NCBI RefSeq assembly: GCF_001194135.2
Contig: NC_068981.1
Span: 168,492,710 to 168,542,462, forward strand
Source of the DNA: Octopus bimaculoides
Lineage: Eukaryota
Length of the DNA stretch: 49,753 bases
Reading direction: 5' to 3'
Below the pieces are notes generated by a model. The model did not search any database. It was given only the letters and a program-made list of their open reading frames with translations, and was not told the origin of the DNA. Position numbers and translations under genes: made by a program. This document shows, one piece after another, positions 48,421-49,753 of this stretch. Within the stretch, counting starts at the first letter, position 1, and each line of letters starts with the position of its first letter.

Positions 48421-48683
48421 TCACTGCTCATCATCTCCTCCTGGCTTCCAGCATAACTTTTCTCTCTTGCTTCATAGCCAGTAAGAGGCTCTTTCTGCTG
48501 CCTCTCCTATCCTGCACTCAGTCATCCTTCACTCTTTTCCTTTCATTCCAATGGCTGTAAGCATATTCCATACCATCTGGGCAGGGAATCCCTTACAGCC
48601 AACCTTGACTAGGAAAAGCCATGACTGCCATCCCCTCTCCCTGCAATCCAGCAGAAGGATCTCATACTTGGAACACTTCAATT
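48421..48683 (-). mobile_element. C-terminal end of an RLE-type (R2/Hero-like) non-LTR retrotransposon ORF
   Basis: SKYEILLLDCRERGWQSWLFLVKVGCKGFPAQ..GEAAERASYWL; internal stops. Confidence 0.65.
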
Positions 48684-49002
48684 TGTGTATATGTGTGTGT
48701 GTATATATAAAGATAACCATTGCAAAGGTAAAAAATGAAAACACTTGATTACATTCTTCTATTCCTTTGTTTTGAGTGTCATTCTTAGGTTACACAAAGT
48801 TTTCAAATTCACTCTGGTATTATGTACAGTACTAAAAAAAGTACAGCCAGCTACCATTTGTAAGTGATTATGGCTTGGTAACATGTACTGTGCCACTGCA
48901 AATTATTTTAGGTCCCTAAGTAGTTATGGGGATGTTAACAAAATACCAGTTATCAAGCAGTGGTGGGGAACAAACACAGACACACATATACACAGATACA
49001 TA

Positions 49003-49753
49003 TTGGGTCATCCCATAAATAATGTGGTTTTTTCAATTGCAACTAAAAGCTGGAGAGGAATGGAATAAACTACCTGCAACAACTTGCCATAAAAGCAGGT
49101 AGTAATTTTACCTTATGCTTATTCTTAGTGCAAGTTTTGAAGAGTGCAGTTCGATTTTAACAATTACTTTTTCCAAGATACAATGGAAGTGACAAAGAAG
49201 CATATTTGGCATATTTTGCTTTATGAGTTCAACAAAGGCAACGACGTAATGGAAAGTGTGAGGAATATTAATGCAGTATATGGGGATTGGACAACAGGAG
49301 CAAGACAGTGTCAACGGTGGTTCTAAAAATTCTGTGGTGGAAACTACAGCCTCAAAAAGACAAGCCCCATGCTGGAAGATCTCTAGAGCTCAATGAAGAC
49401 ATCCTGCAAACTATGGTGGAATAAAATCCCATTGTAACTGTTAAAGAACTAGCAGAGAAGCTTGGATTTGGTCATTCAACCAGTCATTGACACCTGCGTG
49501 CCACCGGAAAAGTCAGCAAATTGAGTCAATGGGTTCCTCACAAGCTTTCTGAGTCTAATTGTGCACAGAGAGTGAATGTGTGCTCTTCTATTTTGGACCA
49601 AATAGTGACTGGTGACAAGAAGTGGGTTTTCTATAAAAATGTCAAGTGCCGAAGACAGTGGGCAGGGAAAGGAGAAACACCGGCACCCCAGGCTAAAGAA
49701 GCTCTTCACCCGCATAAGGTGTTGTTATTTGTTTGGTGGGATATGAAACATTT
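49003..49753 (+). mobile_element. mariner transposon, left TIR plus decayed transposase (ATG 49183), truncated by the window end
   Basis: TA|TTGGGTCATCCCATAAATAATGTGGTTTT terminus; HILLYEFNKG, QRWF*KF, WVPHKL, IVTGDKKW, HPHKVLLFVWWD; stops and indels. Confidence 0.9.

Overview
AT-rich eukaryotic genomic DNA with eight assembly gaps and very dense microsatellites, SINEs, LINE fragments and DNA transposons. The repeat landscape looks like an octopus (cephalopod) draft genome; this is an inference. One protein-coding gene can be assembled by hand on the minus strand from 8 coding exons (33657-30575, 23807-23645, 17595-17455, 15480-15369, 14639-14508, 12740-12636, 8780-8598, 6656-6112). All introns are GT-AG and every phase is compatible, giving 4464 nt or about 1487 aa. 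The protein has about 1080 aa of low-complexity N-terminus carrying short linear motifs (DFGDF, a duplicated acidic-aromatic repeat, EPIYEDI, poly-His, a Cys cluster). It ends in a compact domain with a papain-like Cys-His-Asn arrangement (SACGPIAVLN / WHHQMIYGV / YMTNP) that I cannot assign to a named gene. Most notable observations: (1) this uncharacterised putative cysteine hydrolase or transferase; (2) a splice donor after the 3-kb exon that overlaps an in-frame stop and is followed at once by AATAAA; (3) a Penelope-like element whose inverted terminal part carries a tRNA-like Pol III head followed by a degenerate hammerhead ribozyme core on the pre-mRNA strand; (4) several long intronic inverted repeats, including a 272-bp foldback. 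No CRISPR array, rRNA or intact tRNA gene is supported. Positions 33725-49753 gave no convincing coding exon.
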